Of a DNA stretch of 64,000 nucleotides, positions 61,545 to 64,000 are shown one piece after another. The DNA is from Candidatus Marinacidobacterales bacterium (GTDB taxonomy: Bacteria > Acidobacteriota > Vicinamibacteria > Marinacidobacterales > SMYC01): the NCBI GenBank assembly GCA_965224085.1, contig CBDCYI010000011.1, positions 320,001 to 384,000 on the forward strand, given 5' to 3'. The notes below the pieces were generated by a model, which saw only the letters and a list, made by a program, of their open reading frames with translations, searched no databases and had not been told where the DNA came from. How positions within the stretch are numbered: the stretch's first letter is position 1; each line of letters opens with the position of its first letter. The position numbers and the translations under genes are program-made.

Positions 61545-62852
61545 ATGCCACGTGCGTTTACGGCTCTTATCGTGTTTCTCGTAAGCATCCCCGCAACTGG
61601 GCCCGCAGCTGGACAGGACGCCGCGATTCTCGATGACCGGATCTCTGAGCTCGTGGCGAAGCACGAGGCGGATATCCTCGAGTTTCGCCACTACGTTCAT
61701 CAGAATCCCGAGCTCGGAAACCGCGAGCATGAGACCGCGAAGCGCGTCGCCGCGCACCTCAAAGCACTCGGTATGGAAGTCCGGACAGGCATCGCCCATA
61801 CGGGTGTGGTCGGGATTCTGAAAGGCGGCAAGCCCGGACGGACCATCGCCGTGCGCGCTGATATGGACGCACTTCCCGTAACCGAAGACACAGACCTCCC
61901 TTTCAAATCCACTATTCGGACGACCTATAACGGCCAAGACGTCGGGGTCATGCATGCCTGCGGCCACGACGTGCACACCGCTGTGCAGTACGGCGTCGCT
62001 TCCATCCTCGCGGAGATGCGCGACGAGATTCCGGGGACGGTGGTCTTCATCTTTCAGCCGGCGGAAGAAGGGCCGCCCCAGGGTGAAGAAGGCGGCGCAG
62101 ACCTGATGGTGCGTGAAGGCGTCTTCGACGATCCCAAGCCTGAAGCTGTGTTCGGCTTGCACACGCTCGCCGGCATGCCTGTGGGCGATGTGGGTTTCAC
62201 GGCGGGACCCGCGCTCGCGGCGGTGGATCAATTCCGCGCCACGGTGCGCGGGGTGCAAACGCACGGCGCCCAGCCCCAGCAGGGCGTCGATCCCATCGTG
62301 ATGGCATCGCAAGCTGTTCTCGCCTTGCAGACGATCGTGTCGCGCAACGTCCATCCGCTTTCGCCCGCGGTCGTGACTGTCGGCATGTTCCACTCGGGCG
62401 AGCGGTTCAACATCATCCCTGCAGAAGTGAAGCTCGAAGGAACGGTGCGGACCTACGACCCCGATGTGCGGGATCTCATCGAGCGCCGGATGAACGAGAT
62501 ACTCGGCGGCATCACGAGCGCGGGCGGCGGCTCCCACGTGCTCGACTACGAACGCGGAACGCCCGCGACCATCAATGATACCGAGCTCACGGCACAAATG
62601 GCGCGGAGCCTTTATGCCGTTGTCGGCACAGACCGGGTGCAGGAGATCCAACCGACGATGGGAGGCGAGGATTTCGCTTATTTCGCGCTCGAAGTGCCCG
62701 GCTTTTTTTATCGGCTCGGTATCCACAAAGAGGGCTCGGTGATAGGCCCGCATCACTCTCCGAGCTTTCGCGCTGATGACGCTTCCGTTCCCGTGGGCAT
62801 GCGCGTAATGTCGAACGTTCTCATGGACTACTTGCTCGCCAATGTTCCTTAG
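61545..62852 (+). CDS. M20D N-acyl-amino-acid amidohydrolase (secreted)
   Basis: HQNPEL, RADMDAL, MHACGHD, FQPAEE, GGEDF. Confidence 0.93.
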   Translation: MPRAFTALIVFLVSIPATGPAAGQDAAILDDRISELVAKHEADILEFRHYVHQNPELGNREHETAKRVAAHLKALGMEVRTGIAHTGVVGILKGGKPGRTIAVRADMDALPVTEDTDLPFKSTIRTTYNGQDVGVMHACGHDVHTAVQYGVASILAEMRDEIPGTVVFIFQPAEEGPPQGEEGGADLMVREGVFDDPKPEAVFGLHTLAGMPVGDVGFTAGPALAAVDQFRATVRGVQTHGAQPQQGVDPIVMASQAVLALQTIVSRNVHPLSPAVVTVGMFHSGERFNIIPAEVKLEGTVRTYDPDVRDLIERRMNEILGGITSAGGGSHVLDYERGTPATINDTELTAQMARSLYAVVGTDRVQEIQPTMGGEDFAYFALEVPGFFYRLGIHKEGSVIGPHHSPSFRADDASVPVGMRVMSNVLMDYLLANVP

Positions 62853-63123
62853 CAGCGCACGAATGGGCCGGCGTTGCACCGGGCGAGCTCGGCGCAAGGT
62901 CAAGAGAGACCGAGCATTGAGCACACGCAGGCTGTCAGAAAAGGATATCTGCAGTATGGGCGAGCGGAGCGAGCCCGGCCCGCCGCCGTCCGCAGCGAGC
63001 CTGCGAGCGGAGGACAGGGCGCGAACGAAGAGAGAGCGCCCACTGATGAGTGGGCCGATGACACGCCGGGCGAGCGAACGTAGACAGAGCGAGCACTAAG
63101 CACTCTATTAAGGAGAAAGCCCG

Positions 63124-63381
63124 ATGTCTGATGCGCAGTTGCAAATTCGCGGCGACATACAGATCCAGCTGGCGAAGGTCGGCTACGAGCTTCGTCGCAT
63201 CCAAAAAGCCCTCGAAAACGTCACGCTCGACCGTCCGCCGGACGAGCTCGAACAGGGCGTGCTCGACCACGCGTCCGCAGCTCTCAAAGGCGTGCGGCTC
63301 GCGCAGGACCACGCGGAACGCGTCGGGTTCTATCTCGAGGAGCTTTTAGAGGACGACGACCGATCGGACACCTTCGAATAA
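63124..63381 (+). CDS. Small helical hypothetical protein
   Basis: AAGGAG RBS; amphipathic helices. Confidence 0.6.
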   Translation: MSDAQLQIRGDIQIQLAKVGYELRRIQKALENVTLDRPPDELEQGVLDHASAALKGVRLAQDHAERVGFYLEELLEDDDRSDTFE

Positions 63382-63474
63382 AAGCTAGCGCGTCGGGTCC
63401 TTATGCCGCATACTGTAGTGGTCTTGAACGACTAATTCATCAATCGGGAACGACCCTTCTCATAGACGTCGAGA

Positions 63475-64000
63475 ATGTCGGAATTGTTTTCAGGGGAAAA
63501 GCCAAAGCCTCGCTGGTGCCTCGAAAGCACGGCGGATGGCGGAAGGAGCCTCGCGCGGGTTCCGATCCAGAAGTTGCCGTTTCACATCGGCCGCCTCGAC
63601 GACCTCGAGCTGACACTCCCTTTTCAGAGCGTATCCAAACGCCACGCCGTGCTTCACGTCTCGGAAGACGGCTTGTATCTTCGAGACTTGTCGAGCACGA
63701 ATGGAACCTTCGTCAACCGACAGCGTGTCAGCGAAGCCATTCTGGAGGAAGGCGATATTCTGCACTTCGCCGAGGTCGAGTTTCGCGTCGGACGCCACGC
63801 CGAAGGTGGAGCGCAGAGAAACTCAGACGAAGGGACCTCACCACTTCGACGCGTCGAGCTTTCCGAGCAATTCATCGCGGGGACGCGCGAGCTCAACCGA
63901 CTGCTCGAGCGGGAGATGGTGACCGCCGCGTTTCAGCCCATCGTGTCCCTTCCGCCGAGGATCCGCAGGGAAGACGGCCGTCATCGGCGCGAAGGACCGC
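63475..64000 (+). CDS. FHA-domain protein with the start of an EAL domain (partial)
   Basis: IGR..VSKRHA..DLSSTNGTFVN; later AAFQPIVSL. Confidence 0.8.
   Translation, partial: MSELFSGEKPKPRWCLESTADGGRSLARVPIQKLPFHIGRLDDLELTLPFQSVSKRHAVLHVSEDGLYLRDLSSTNGTFVNRQRVSEAILEEGDILHFAEVEFRVGRHAEGGAQRNSDEGTSPLRRVELSEQFIAGTRELNRLLEREMVTAAFQPIVSLPPRIRREDGRHRREGP

Noticed and set aside
1-64000. tRNA or rRNA genes, including tRNA-Sec and sel genes
   Set aside because: None recognised by eye; any Sec machinery must lie outside this window.

Overview
GC-rich bacterial DNA. It is probably Acidobacteriota: ADOP-type permease, GWxTD-like and Ser/Thr kinase fragments are present, and peptidases are abundant. 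The Na+-NQR and Na+ symporters suggest a marine or saline habitat. Intact genes (dapBAD, ilvD, panE, ptrB, penicillin acylase, amidases, sulfurtransferase, nqrEF-apbE-nqrM, three toxin-antitoxin pairs, TetR/SnoaL) alternate with roughly 20 abruptly joined gene fragments and IS relics (ISNCY, IS630, IS481-like, IS5/IS903, serine recombinase). This reflects either heavy genome decay or a chimeric, error-prone assembly. The top finding is that ORFs 4560..4946 and 5238..6425 share one reading frame broken only by a TGA in the motif FYRGPW-UGA-PFC, with a SECIS-like hairpin after it. This predicts a membrane-anchored, selenocysteine-containing peroxiredoxin-like (UxxC) domain fused to a GAF-like domain and a histidine kinase, i.e. 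a candidate selenoprotein redox-sensor kinase. Other notable items are a PilZ/GIY-YIG-like fusion, a deletion fusing nqrA to nqrD, and CTAG-marked junctions. All family calls come from motif recognition only; no searches were run.
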